Position numbers and translations under genes: made by a program
Source: a virus
Reading direction: 5' to 3' (one strand)
Virus record (IMG/VR): IMGVR_UViG_3300020391_000290
Location: 1-64,000 of that record
DNA: 64,000 bases
Shown: positions 19,521 to 27,762 of the stretch, piece by piece
Layout: each line of letters opens with the position of its first letter
Position numbering within the stretch: the first letter of the stretch is position 1
The notes under the pieces: generated by a model
Database searches by the model: none
Seen by the model: the letters and a program-made list of their open reading frames with translations, nothing else
What the model was told of the DNA's origin: nothing

Positions 19521-19961
19521 TTATGAAGTTGCTTCGTTACTATCTAAGCCGTGTATGACTGTAATAGGTTCTGCACCTGGAGGTGGACTAGTAAATGTAA
19601 GTGTAGTGCCAGTTACTACAAATGCGTTAGCAGGATTTTGAAAAACGTTTCCTACACTAACAAGTATTCTTTGTTCTTGATTACTTGTGACAGTTTTACT
19701 CATTGTAAAAGCAGTTGTTGTTCCATCACCTGTAAAACTATCTTGTGTAATTGTTAAATTTCCTTGAAATGGCAGTGTTCTAAAAATGGTTCCATCAAAG
19801 TATTCTAAACTACCTAAGTCTGTGTTGAATCTAAATTCGCCGGACTGTATGTCACCAGGTCTATCAGCAGTTGTTCCTTTAGGAAGTGTAAAAGCCTGTT
19901 GCTCAGCTTTAAGCATACCACCTCCATCCGTTGTGTTTCTATTTTTTACAAAACCAGCCAT
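19521..19961 (-). CDS. Small virion structural protein
   Basis: LPKGTTADRP...FRFNT plus FTGDGTTTAFT module. Confidence 0.7.
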   Translation of the reverse strand: MAGFVKNRNTTDGGGMLKAEQQAFTLPKGTTADRPGDIQSGEFRFNTDLGSLEYFDGTIFRTLPFQGNLTITQDSFTGDGTTTAFTMSKTVTSNQEQRILVSVGNVFQNPANAFVVTGTTLTFTSPPPGAEPITVIHGLDSNEATS

Positions 19962-20269
19962 TAAATACTCACTGTGCTTATAGTTGCATAAATGCTGGAT
20001 GCATGACTAGCAAGTGCCTGTACAGAATCACCGTTTGCTAGTACAAGTTTTTCAGTGTTTATAACATAAGTGTTACCGGCAGTAACATCAATTGCTTTAG
20101 TAATTGTATTTGCAGCACCTGCAGTCCCTCCACTTTTAACAATAAAAACTGTAAGTTGCCTAGTACTGGCATTGTCATTCATAAAAAACATTGCGGTTGT
20201 TGCATTGTTGCCTACCGAAGTAAAGAGTGTTGTTGCACTTGTTCCTACTGTTGCTTGACTTATTGCCAT
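19961..20269 (-). CDS. Small beta-rich virion protein
   Basis: 102 aa in the late operon, translationally coupled; EKLVLANGDSV motif. Confidence 0.65.
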   Translation of the reverse strand: MAISQATVGTSATTLFTSVGNNATTAMFFMNDNASTRQLTVFIVKSGGTAGAANTITKAIDVTAGNTYVINTEKLVLANGDSVQALASHASSIYATISTVSI

Positions 20270-20279
20270 TTTCTATCCC

Positions 20280-20924
20280 TTAAAATATTAAACCATACAC
20301 TATGGCTTTGCTCTTACTTACTAATTCGTCGTTTGTAGATCCGTCTACAAAAAATATTCCTGTGCCACCTCCTGCAGCAGTATCTGCATATACTAATTTT
20401 GCACCTGTTGCAGCCGCTGGCGGAACTACTGCTTGATCGTTAAGTTTTAATGGTGCTTCTATAGTAACACGACCAGTTCCACTTGGAATAATTTGTATAT
20501 CTTCATTACTTGTTGCACTAGTAATATTTTTTCCATTAACATCTAAATCTCCACCTAATTGTGGACTAGTGTCTTCTACTAGTTCAGTAAGTCCGTTTGA
20601 ACTTGTTACCATCATTCTGTTAAAACTAGATCCACCATCAGTACTTATTTTAAATTTATCGTCTGTTTCGTCAAATATAAAAAGTGCGTTTGCACTACTA
20701 CCTCTATCTATTTCTATTCCTGATTTACCACCTGTTACTCCAGCGCCGGATTCGCCGTCGTTGTATGTAACTATTCTATCTTTTATTCTAGTATTTGTTG
20801 TTTCAACACTATTAGTAGTACCAGTAACAGTCAAGTTACCTGTAATAGTTAATTCATTATCAATAGTCATACCACCACTTGCAGAGATAGTATAGGCGCC
20901 ACCGATTCTTTTTGTTTGACTCAT
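20280..20924 (-). CDS. Virion structural/fibre protein
   Basis: GIEIDRGS...FDE module and DTSPQLGGDLDVNG motif. Confidence 0.7.
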   Translation of the reverse strand: MSQTKRIGGAYTISASGGMTIDNELTITGNLTVTGTTNSVETTNTRIKDRIVTYNDGESGAGVTGGKSGIEIDRGSSANALFIFDETDDKFKISTDGGSSFNRMMVTSSNGLTELVEDTSPQLGGDLDVNGKNITSATSNEDIQIIPSGTGRVTIEAPLKLNDQAVVPPAAATGAKLVYADTAAGGGTGIFFVDGSTNDELVSKSKAIVYGLIF

Positions 20925-20926
20925 AA

Positions 20927-21538
20927 TTAAGATATCCTGTTATGCATATTATTTATCATCAGTTGAAAATCGTCTAAATGCATTGATTCATAATTACTTT
21001 GTTTTTGCCATGTATCGGGTCTAAAATTATCTAAAGGATTAACGTGAATATATCTTTTATTTTTAAAGTCTTTCATTATGTTTTCAACTTGAACTATCCA
21101 ATTATCAAAAATAGTAGCAGTATCATTTTTATCTCTATAATTTTTTGTACCTGCATAGATATTATTAATTTTATTGTTAACACCTTTTAAATCCATGCCT
21201 ATCATATAAAGATAATTTGCATTAGATTCACTTGCGATTCCAAGTGCCGCTGGCCCACTACTATGTCCTTGATATTTTACTGGTATTATATTTGATCCAC
21301 TACTAGTTTGTTTACAATTAGATCTTACATAGTGTAAATTTCTTGCACTATATCCACTTTGTTGTATTTCGATTGCCATTTCTTTGTCAGTACTTACTAA
21401 AACTGTAGGAGTAAATTCTTGATATATCCTATTACATCCATAAACATAGCCATAGTTAACTAAATTATTACAATTTATTTGTAATCTAGTTATTCCATTT
21501 CCTAATATAAATGCTAAGTCTTTGTCCATTTTAGTCAT
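20927..21538 (-). CDS. Hypothetical protein, MptE/Maf (DUF115)-like; paralog of 6479-7228
   Basis: FILGNGITR, VYGCNRIY, SSGPAAL and YMIGMD. Confidence 0.5.
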   Translation of the reverse strand: MTKMDKDLAFILGNGITRLQINCNNLVNYGYVYGCNRIYQEFTPTVLVSTDKEMAIEIQQSGYSARNLHYVRSNCKQTSSGSNIIPVKYQGHSSGPAALGIASESNANYLYMIGMDLKGVNNKINNIYAGTKNYRDKNDTATIFDNWIVQVENIMKDFKNKRYIHVNPLDNFRPDTWQKQSNYESMHLDDFQLMINNMHNRIS

Positions 21539-21585
21539 AAAAAAAGTTACAACATATTATAGTTGTAACCTTTAGTATTTGTCAA
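21539..21585 (-). terminator. Hairpin terminator overlapping a TTGACA/TATAAT promoter
   Basis: GTTACAAC-TATAATAT-GTTGTAAC followed by a U-run; TTGACA 18 nt upstream of the TATAAT. Confidence 0.65.
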
Positions 21586-21588
21586 GTA

Positions 21589-22023
21589 TTAACCGTTTGG
21601 TACGGATACACTTACATTTAAGACTGGGCCTGATGCAACAAGTAATGCTTTATCACCTACTGAAAATTGCGAGCCTGTTCCTAATGCTCCAACATGAAAA
21701 TGACGTCCTGTAATTTTACTTGCGAAGTATGTACCACCTGCACTATCTGTGCCTGTAATTTGACACTCGCCTGCTACAATTGATCCATGTACTTTTGCAG
21801 TTAGTGTAAGTGTCTGTGTTCCGCCTGCAGTTGTGCAACGAAAACGTTTTGTGCCTTTTTGGATAACAACAGTTGTATCCTGGGCACTTGCACTATCTAC
21901 AAAACCTTTCATAATTATTTGATTGCCACCTAAACCACTTGCTCCAATTGGAAGTGTGGTACCAGATGCGGCTACTTTTGATGTTCCGCCTACTGTTTCG
22001 GCGCTTTTAATCGGTCTTCCCAT
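21589..22023 (-). CDS. Virion structural protein (MGRP- start), possible capsid decoration protein
   Basis: Strong AAGGAG SD, late promoter at 22108-22103, downstream of the MCP on the same strand. Confidence 0.6.
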   Translation of the reverse strand: MGRPIKSAETVGGTSKVAASGTTLPIGASGLGGNQIIMKGFVDSASAQDTTVVIQKGTKRFRCTTAGGTQTLTLTAKVHGSIVAGECQITGTDSAGGTYFASKITGRHFHVGALGTGSQFSVGDKALLVASGPVLNVSVSVPNG

Positions 22024-22128
22024 TTGTTTTCTCCTTTATGAGTTTTAGACGTTCTAGGTCTACGGGGTTGGTTTTCCCCATAAGCATTTTAAAATGCATA
22101 AGTATTTATTCGAAAGGAAAATCTAAAA

Positions 22129-23556
22129 ATGCATAATCCACACGGCTTTAAAACTATAGAAAAAGTAGACAGGAGTTACATAGATCCTAGCACTAGAATA
22201 AAAAATTTTAAAGAATTTGTTATTCCTCTAAGTGACAATAAAGTAAAAAAACAAAGTGAAAGATGTATGAGTTGCGGAATACCATTTTGTCATAATGGTT
22301 GCCCTGTAAACAATCTTATACCAGATTGGAATGATCTAGTATACAATAACAAGTGGCAAGAAGCACTTAATTTACTGCATAGCACTAATAATTTTCCGGA
22401 ATTTACAGGTCGTATTTGTCCAGCACCTTGTGAAGCAGCTTGTGTATTAAACATTACTGATAAGCCTGTAAGTATTAAAAGTATAGAATGCACAATAGTA
22501 GACAAAGGTTGGGAAATGGGTTGGATAACACCCCAGCCACCAAAAATTCTTACAGGAAAGAAAGTTGCAGTAATTGGTAGTGGCCCAGCAGGACTTGCTT
22601 GTGCTCAACAGTTAGGAAGAGCCGGACACCTTGTTAGTGTTTATGAGAAAAATTCAAGAATAGGTGGATTACTTAGAATTGGCATACCTGATTTTAAAAT
22701 GGAAAAACATTTAATTGATAGACGCATAGAACAAATGAAATCAGAAAATGTTGCATTTGTAACAAACATTGAAGTTGGAAAAGATCTAACTGCTCAAAGT
22801 TTACTTGACTACTATGATGCAGTAGCAATTTGTATTGGTTCCGAGGTTCCAAGAAACCTACCTGTTGAAGGAAGAGAACATGACGGTATATACTATGCTA
22901 TGCAATTTTTATCCCAACAAAATGATAGAATAGCAGGTGAATTTATTAACCGCGAAAAAGAAATACATGCAAAAGGTAAAAATGTTCTTGTAATTGGTGG
23001 TGGCGATACAGGGTCAGATTGTGTTGGTACAAGTATTAGACAAGGTGCCGCTAATGTACAACAACTTGAAGTTATGCCACAGCCTCCTGCAGTAGAAAAT
23101 AAAAAACTCGAATGGCCAAATTGGCCCATGAAACTTAGAACATCATCTAGTCACCAAGAAATGGGACAACAAGGCAGAAAATGGAGTGTCTTAACAAAAC
23201 GTTTTGAAGGTGGACCAAATGGGCAAGTTAAAAAGTTACATTGCGTAAATGTTGAATGGACAAATAAAAATGGCAAAATGATTATGAAGGAAATTGAAAA
23301 CACAGAGTTTTCAATTGAAGCAGATTTAGTATTCTTAGCAATGGGTTTTGTACATCCTGTACACGAAGGTTTGATTAAAGATTTAAAATTACAACTTGAT
23401 CCAAGAGGTAATATATTAGCCGATGATAGTGCATTTAAAACAAATGCAGAAAAGTTGTTTGTTGCCGGTGATAGTAGACGTGGACAAAGTTTGGTTGTAT
23501 GGGCAATTAGAGAAGGCAGAGATTGTGCCGAATCTATTAATAATTTTCTAAAATAA
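22129..23556 (+). CDS. gltD: Glutamate synthase (NADPH) small subunit
   Basis: CMSCGIPFCHNGCP and GRICPAPCEAAC Fe-S motifs, GSGPAG FAD motif, GGGDTGSDC NADPH motif, AGDSRRGQSLVVWAIREGR. Confidence 0.95.
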   Translation: MHNPHGFKTIEKVDRSYIDPSTRIKNFKEFVIPLSDNKVKKQSERCMSCGIPFCHNGCPVNNLIPDWNDLVYNNKWQEALNLLHSTNNFPEFTGRICPAPCEAACVLNITDKPVSIKSIECTIVDKGWEMGWITPQPPKILTGKKVAVIGSGPAGLACAQQLGRAGHLVSVYEKNSRIGGLLRIGIPDFKMEKHLIDRRIEQMKSENVAFVTNIEVGKDLTAQSLLDYYDAVAICIGSEVPRNLPVEGREHDGIYYAMQFLSQQNDRIAGEFINREKEIHAKGKNVLVIGGGDTGSDCVGTSIRQGAANVQQLEVMPQPPAVENKKLEWPNWPMKLRTSSSHQEMGQQGRKWSVLTKRFEGGPNGQVKKLHCVNVEWTNKNGKMIMKEIENTEFSIEADLVFLAMGFVHPVHEGLIKDLKLQLDPRGNILADDSAFKTNAEKLFVAGDSRRGQSLVVWAIREGRDCAESINNFLK

Positions 23557-23561
23557 TAGTC

Positions 23562-23589
23562 AAATAAAAACAGGGCCTAAGCCCTGTTC
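23562..23589. terminator. Terminator between the convergent gltD and MCP genes
   Basis: AACAGGGC-CTAA-GCCCTGTT with a U-tract on the minus strand. Confidence 0.85.
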
Positions 23590-23612
23590 GTATTAGTATC
23601 TCTAAGTATGAC

Positions 23613-24797
23613 TTATGAGAATGAAATGTTTGACATTGCAACTTCACCTACATAGTCACCAGCGTTACCTAGTGATGATGCTGTGTTTGATAACTCAACA
23701 TAACCATAACGTGTCATAAATGAAACTACTGGCTCAAATGTTGATGGATCTAACACTGTACCACTTGACATCAACGGTACATATGGACAGTAGAATGCTG
23801 CTGCATCTGTCTCTGATGAACCTTTGTATCCAACTAGTACTGCAGTTGCGTCTGCCGCATATGAATCAACATACACACGCATTGCACCATTTAATGTACC
23901 TACAAACTTAGTGTTTGTTGGTGCTTCAAATGTACCTTCTGTTGTTCTAGCAAATGCTGAAGTTGATGCACTCTGTAGTACTGTTAAGGACTCAGGTGAA
24001 ACAACGGCATAGTTACCAGCACCACGACGTGTACGCTGAGCAATCTTATTTGCTGTTCTGTTTATTAATACTGCAAGAGCGGCATGCTCGTCACCTACAA
24101 ATGTAGCTGTACCTGATACTGCTGCCTGATTGTATGTTTCTTCTGTGGCTGCTAATGAACGCAATGAACCAAGAACTTCTTGATCTATTTCTGCAGTTAT
24201 CTCTTGGGCTAATGCTGCCATGATTTCTGCTTCTACATCAATACCATGCATTGATTGTGCGTCTTGAGCTGCTTCAAAAGTCCAACGTGCTTGTAGCTTA
24301 CGTGTCTTTGCTTCGACAGGTTGCTTCAAGATTTGGATTGATAATGCACTTCCACCAACACCTTCTTTTGCTGCTGTTGTATCTGCTTTACCTGTTGTGG
24401 TAGAACCTGAATATGCAGTTGCAATTTTGAATGGTGATAATGCTTCGTCACCTGCTACTGTGTCTGTATCAAATGGTGCACTTGCTGTTGAAGTTACACT
24501 TTCTGCATATCTTACACGTAGGGTGTGAATCTGTCCAACTGGACCTTGCATTGGTTGTACACCAACAATTTCATTTGCAATGACTGTTGGCATTACACGT
24601 CTGATCACTGGTAGGATCACACGGTTTAGTGTTGCTACGTTACCAGCTGCTGAAGCACCAGTTGTTGCTGCCTCTTTTAAGTAACGCTTTGTGTTTTCTA
24701 ACACAACACTCATGCTATTACGACGGTTACCTTCAAGACCTTCAAGAAGTGCATCTTTGGTATCGCCCCAACGGCTTTCTAATAGTACGTCTGACAT
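23613..24797 (-). CDS. gp23: Major capsid protein (T4 gp23 family)
   Basis: VIRRVMPTVIANEIVGVQPMQGPVG, RKLQARWTFEAAQD, AFYCPYVPL and FMTRYG. Confidence 0.96.
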   Translation of the reverse strand: MSDVLLESRWGDTKDALLEGLEGNRRNSMSVVLENTKRYLKEAATTGASAAGNVATLNRVILPVIRRVMPTVIANEIVGVQPMQGPVGQIHTLRVRYAESVTSTASAPFDTDTVAGDEALSPFKIATAYSGSTTTGKADTTAAKEGVGGSALSIQILKQPVEAKTRKLQARWTFEAAQDAQSMHGIDVEAEIMAALAQEITAEIDQEVLGSLRSLAATEETYNQAAVSGTATFVGDEHAALAVLINRTANKIAQRTRRGAGNYAVVSPESLTVLQSASTSAFARTTEGTFEAPTNTKFVGTLNGAMRVYVDSYAADATAVLVGYKGSSETDAAAFYCPYVPLMSSGTVLDPSTFEPVVSFMTRYGYVELSNTASSLGNAGDYVGEVAMSNISFS

Positions 24798-24818
24798 TTA
24801 AGTCTCCTCTATAGTACT

Positions 24819-25928
24819 TTATTTCAAACCTGCTAGTTGACGGATTTCGATAATATTACTATCTTCTTCCTTCACTTCTGCGGCTTGAGGTTTTGGTTGC
24901 TTATCTCCTGTTGCTACTGTGCGGTTTTCTTTTATAATAGACTTTTTACTTTCTTTTACAATTTTCTTTCCGTCTAGTACTGCTGGTAGATAACGATCGA
25001 AAGCAGTCTTCAGTTTTGAAGTCTGTACACTTTCTAATAGGTCAGTCATAATGCCTGCCTTATCTTTATTGAGTGGCTTTAGTAAAGTATTAATTGTATC
25101 TTTACGTTCAACACTTTCCTTTATAATAACAATTTCTTGTTCTTTTTTCTCAACAATTTTTGATTTCTCTTCAAGACTTTCATTTATTTTAGCAACTTCT
25201 TCTGCAGACTTTTTAATTTCTGCCTCTAATTGCTTAATTTTTTGATTTTCATTTAAGTGACTTGATGAGAATTCTGTTGCAAAAGTTTCGAATATTTTAC
25301 GTCCGAAAGAATTTTCTTTTGCGATCTGTATATCTTCTTTAAGTTGATTCATTTCACCTTTAAGATATCCGGTTACTGCTTCATTTACAGCTTTACTTGT
25401 GTGCTTAACAAATTTTGATTTAAGTGTATCAAACTTTGAACGGGCTTCTTTGACAAGTCTAACTTTAGTTTCAACAACATCTTGACGATCTTTTTGGAAA
25501 TCTTGGATCTCTTCGCTTAATTGAGCAGTTACAAATTCTTCTAGTTTGTTGACTAGTGACTGTTGATTTGCTCTTTCACTGTGTAGTTCTTTAATTTCTT
25601 CGCTAAGTGTTTTCACTAAAAACTTATCAAATGTTCCTGAAGCTTCTTGCATTCTTGCAACAAACTTCGCACGATCTTCTGAAATTGCTTTACGCTCTTC
25701 AGCGATCTGTGTAAGTTCAGAAGTAAGTCCTTCTGTAACCATTTTATCTAAGGCTTCAACCATTGTAGATTTATCATGCTCATAACGTTTTGCAAACTCC
25801 TCGCGAAGTTCTGCAGTAACTTGTGTACGAGTTTCGTTCATTTTTGCTTCCCATTGTTCAGCAATGGCAGAACGAGTTTCCTCATTAACAAGGTCGCTAT
25901 CAAGCAAAGGTTTAATAGCATCTAGCAT
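24819..25928 (-). CDS. gp22: Prohead scaffold protein (gp22-like)
   Basis: E/K-rich coiled coil between the protease and MCP genes. Confidence 0.8.
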   Translation of the reverse strand: MLDAIKPLLDSDLVNEETRSAIAEQWEAKMNETRTQVTAELREEFAKRYEHDKSTMVEALDKMVTEGLTSELTQIAEERKAISEDRAKFVARMQEASGTFDKFLVKTLSEEIKELHSERANQQSLVNKLEEFVTAQLSEEIQDFQKDRQDVVETKVRLVKEARSKFDTLKSKFVKHTSKAVNEAVTGYLKGEMNQLKEDIQIAKENSFGRKIFETFATEFSSSHLNENQKIKQLEAEIKKSAEEVAKINESLEEKSKIVEKKEQEIVIIKESVERKDTINTLLKPLNKDKAGIMTDLLESVQTSKLKTAFDRYLPAVLDGKKIVKESKKSIIKENRTVATGDKQPKPQAAEVKEEDSNIIEIRQLAGLK

Positions 25929-25937
25929 CTGGATCTC

Positions 25938-26570
25938 CTAGATCTTTAAGTCCTGAATTAGACGAGTCATTTCGTCTTTCAGATATTTTTGTACTCGAGC
26001 GTCGCCATTTGCATCGCGAGCCATCTCTAATACTTTGTGTCCGTTACGCATATTTAATAGTCCTTCGTAAATCGCTACAGGGTATGCATTCGGTGCACTC
26101 GGTTGTGCCACAATATCTACTGTGACAATTTCAAAATCAGCAACTTGACCAGTGGATTCTGTTACATTTCCACTACCTCTGCTACTAACTCCTAAATTTA
26201 CTCCACCATCGATCATAGTTCTCACTAATGATCCCATTGGTGTTTCAAGAATCTTTAATTTACCATATCCATTAGGTCCATCCATCCACATACTTTCAAT
26301 CATATGTGATACTCGATCTAAGTTAATTTTGAGATCATCTGGGTGGTCAACTTCGCCTAAGACACTATTGCCTTTTTTAATTTGCTCGTTGATGGTACTT
26401 ACGGCAGTTGTAATTTCCTTAACAGGGTAGACACGCTTATTAGCGTTCTCTACCCCACCTTGGATACAAATACCTTTCATGTAGAGATCCTTGCCGCCGT
26501 TTGGTCGCTCAGTTGCTTCATAAACAACGTTTGCCTCTTTGGAGGTTAGGTTTTCTCTCAAGTATAACAT
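25938..26570 (-). CDS. gp21: Prohead protease (gp21)
   Basis: NANKRVYP, LGEVDHP, GVSSRGSG and DIVAQPSAPNAY. Confidence 0.93.
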   Translation of the reverse strand: MLYLRENLTSKEANVVYEATERPNGGKDLYMKGICIQGGVENANKRVYPVKEITTAVSTINEQIKKGNSVLGEVDHPDDLKINLDRVSHMIESMWMDGPNGYGKLKILETPMGSLVRTMIDGGVNLGVSSRGSGNVTESTGQVADFEIVTVDIVAQPSAPNAYPVAIYEGLLNMRNGHKVLEMARDANGDARVQKYLKDEMTRLIQDLKI

Positions 26571-26573
26571 GAT

Positions 26574-27392
26574 TTATGCTTTACTCATTGTTGCGCCTTT
26601 TGGATTAGCCGCATCTGTTTGTACTTTTGGAGCCGGTACTTTACCGCCTGCTTCTTCGCCGCCTTTCGCAATATTTGCGGATGATCCGCCCATATCGTTT
26701 TTGCCAGCTACAGGACTTTTCATTTTTTCACCCTGCTCTGTAGTAACTGGTGCCGGAGCTTTTTCAGTGTACTCACGTACTACTTCTTCCTCAGTCTCTT
26801 CCTCTACAGGCTCAACTGATTCGTCCTTCATTTCTTCGTCACCTTCTTCGTCGTCCATGTCCATTTCTTTGTCCATTTTCATGTCCATATCCATGTCCAT
26901 CTCGCCGTCATCCTTATCGCCCATTAACTGGTCGAATTCCGCTTTTAATTCTTCGAGGGCATTTTCGATATCTACAACACGATCTTCCATTTCTTCGTCA
27001 TCCATATCGGCTTCCATAGATAAACCTTGCTCGTCTGCTTCAATATCGTCAATCATATCATCTGATTGATCTCCGCCTATTTCAGCTTCATCAACTTCTG
27101 ATTCTTCTACTTCCTCTTCAGATTCTTCAATGTCGGACTCCTCGCCTTCCATCTTCTTCTTTTTCATTTTTCCATGCATTGCTTCATCAACGGTTTCGTC
27201 TTCTGACTCTTCCACTGCTTCTGCATCTTCCTCAACTTCTGCAGTCTCTTCTACTTGCTCTTCATCTACAAGACTCTCATAGATGTCGCGTGACTTCTCA
27301 ACCACTATCTCATGGAACAAATCTTTTGCACCTTGCTCATCTTCTGCGATGAACAGTTCAATTAATTGTTCAAATTTGTTATTGTCTGACAT
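26574..27392 (-). CDS. Highly acidic prohead core protein
   Basis: E/D-rich 272 aa protein in the head operon with its own late promoter (27463-27458). Confidence 0.7.
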   Translation of the reverse strand: MSDNNKFEQLIELFIAEDEQGAKDLFHEIVVEKSRDIYESLVDEEQVEETAEVEEDAEAVEESEDETVDEAMHGKMKKKKMEGEESDIEESEEEVEESEVDEAEIGGDQSDDMIDDIEADEQGLSMEADMDDEEMEDRVVDIENALEELKAEFDQLMGDKDDGEMDMDMDMKMDKEMDMDDEEGDEEMKDESVEPVEEETEEEVVREYTEKAPAPVTTEQGEKMKSPVAGKNDMGGSSANIAKGGEEAGGKVPAPKVQTDAANPKGATMSKA

Positions 27393-27532
27393 TTGTCAAC
27401 TCCTATTATACTTTTTTATGATGTGAATTAAACAAATTCACAAGGCATTTGTAGTTTTATTTAGTTTTAATTTTTAAAGGGGAGTAAAATGCATACTTTT
27501 TGGTTCAAAAAGTAGACTAATTAGTTTTTTTA

Positions 27533-27754
27533 CTATTGTGGAGCTGGCGCAGGAGCAAATTGGCGTCTTATTTCACTTATTGATTCTTGATATTCAGTAG
27601 ATTTTAAATCTGATAATTTACGTAGTTTACTTAATTGTTCAAAAGTAAGCCTTGTTTTACGTGTATCATCTAAACGTAAAGCAGTATTATCCTGATAAGG
27701 CTTTTGTATTTCTTCTACAGTTTTTTCTGTACTCATTAATTCCAATAATAACAT
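27533..27754 (-). CDS. Small head-module protein
   Basis: DTRKTRLTFEQLSKLRK; lies between portal and core genes; TAAATA upstream. Confidence 0.65.
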   Translation of the reverse strand: MLLLELMSTEKTVEEIQKPYQDNTALRLDDTRKTRLTFEQLSKLRKLSDLKSTEYQESISEIRRQFAPAPAPQ

Positions 27755-27762
27755 AAAACTAT

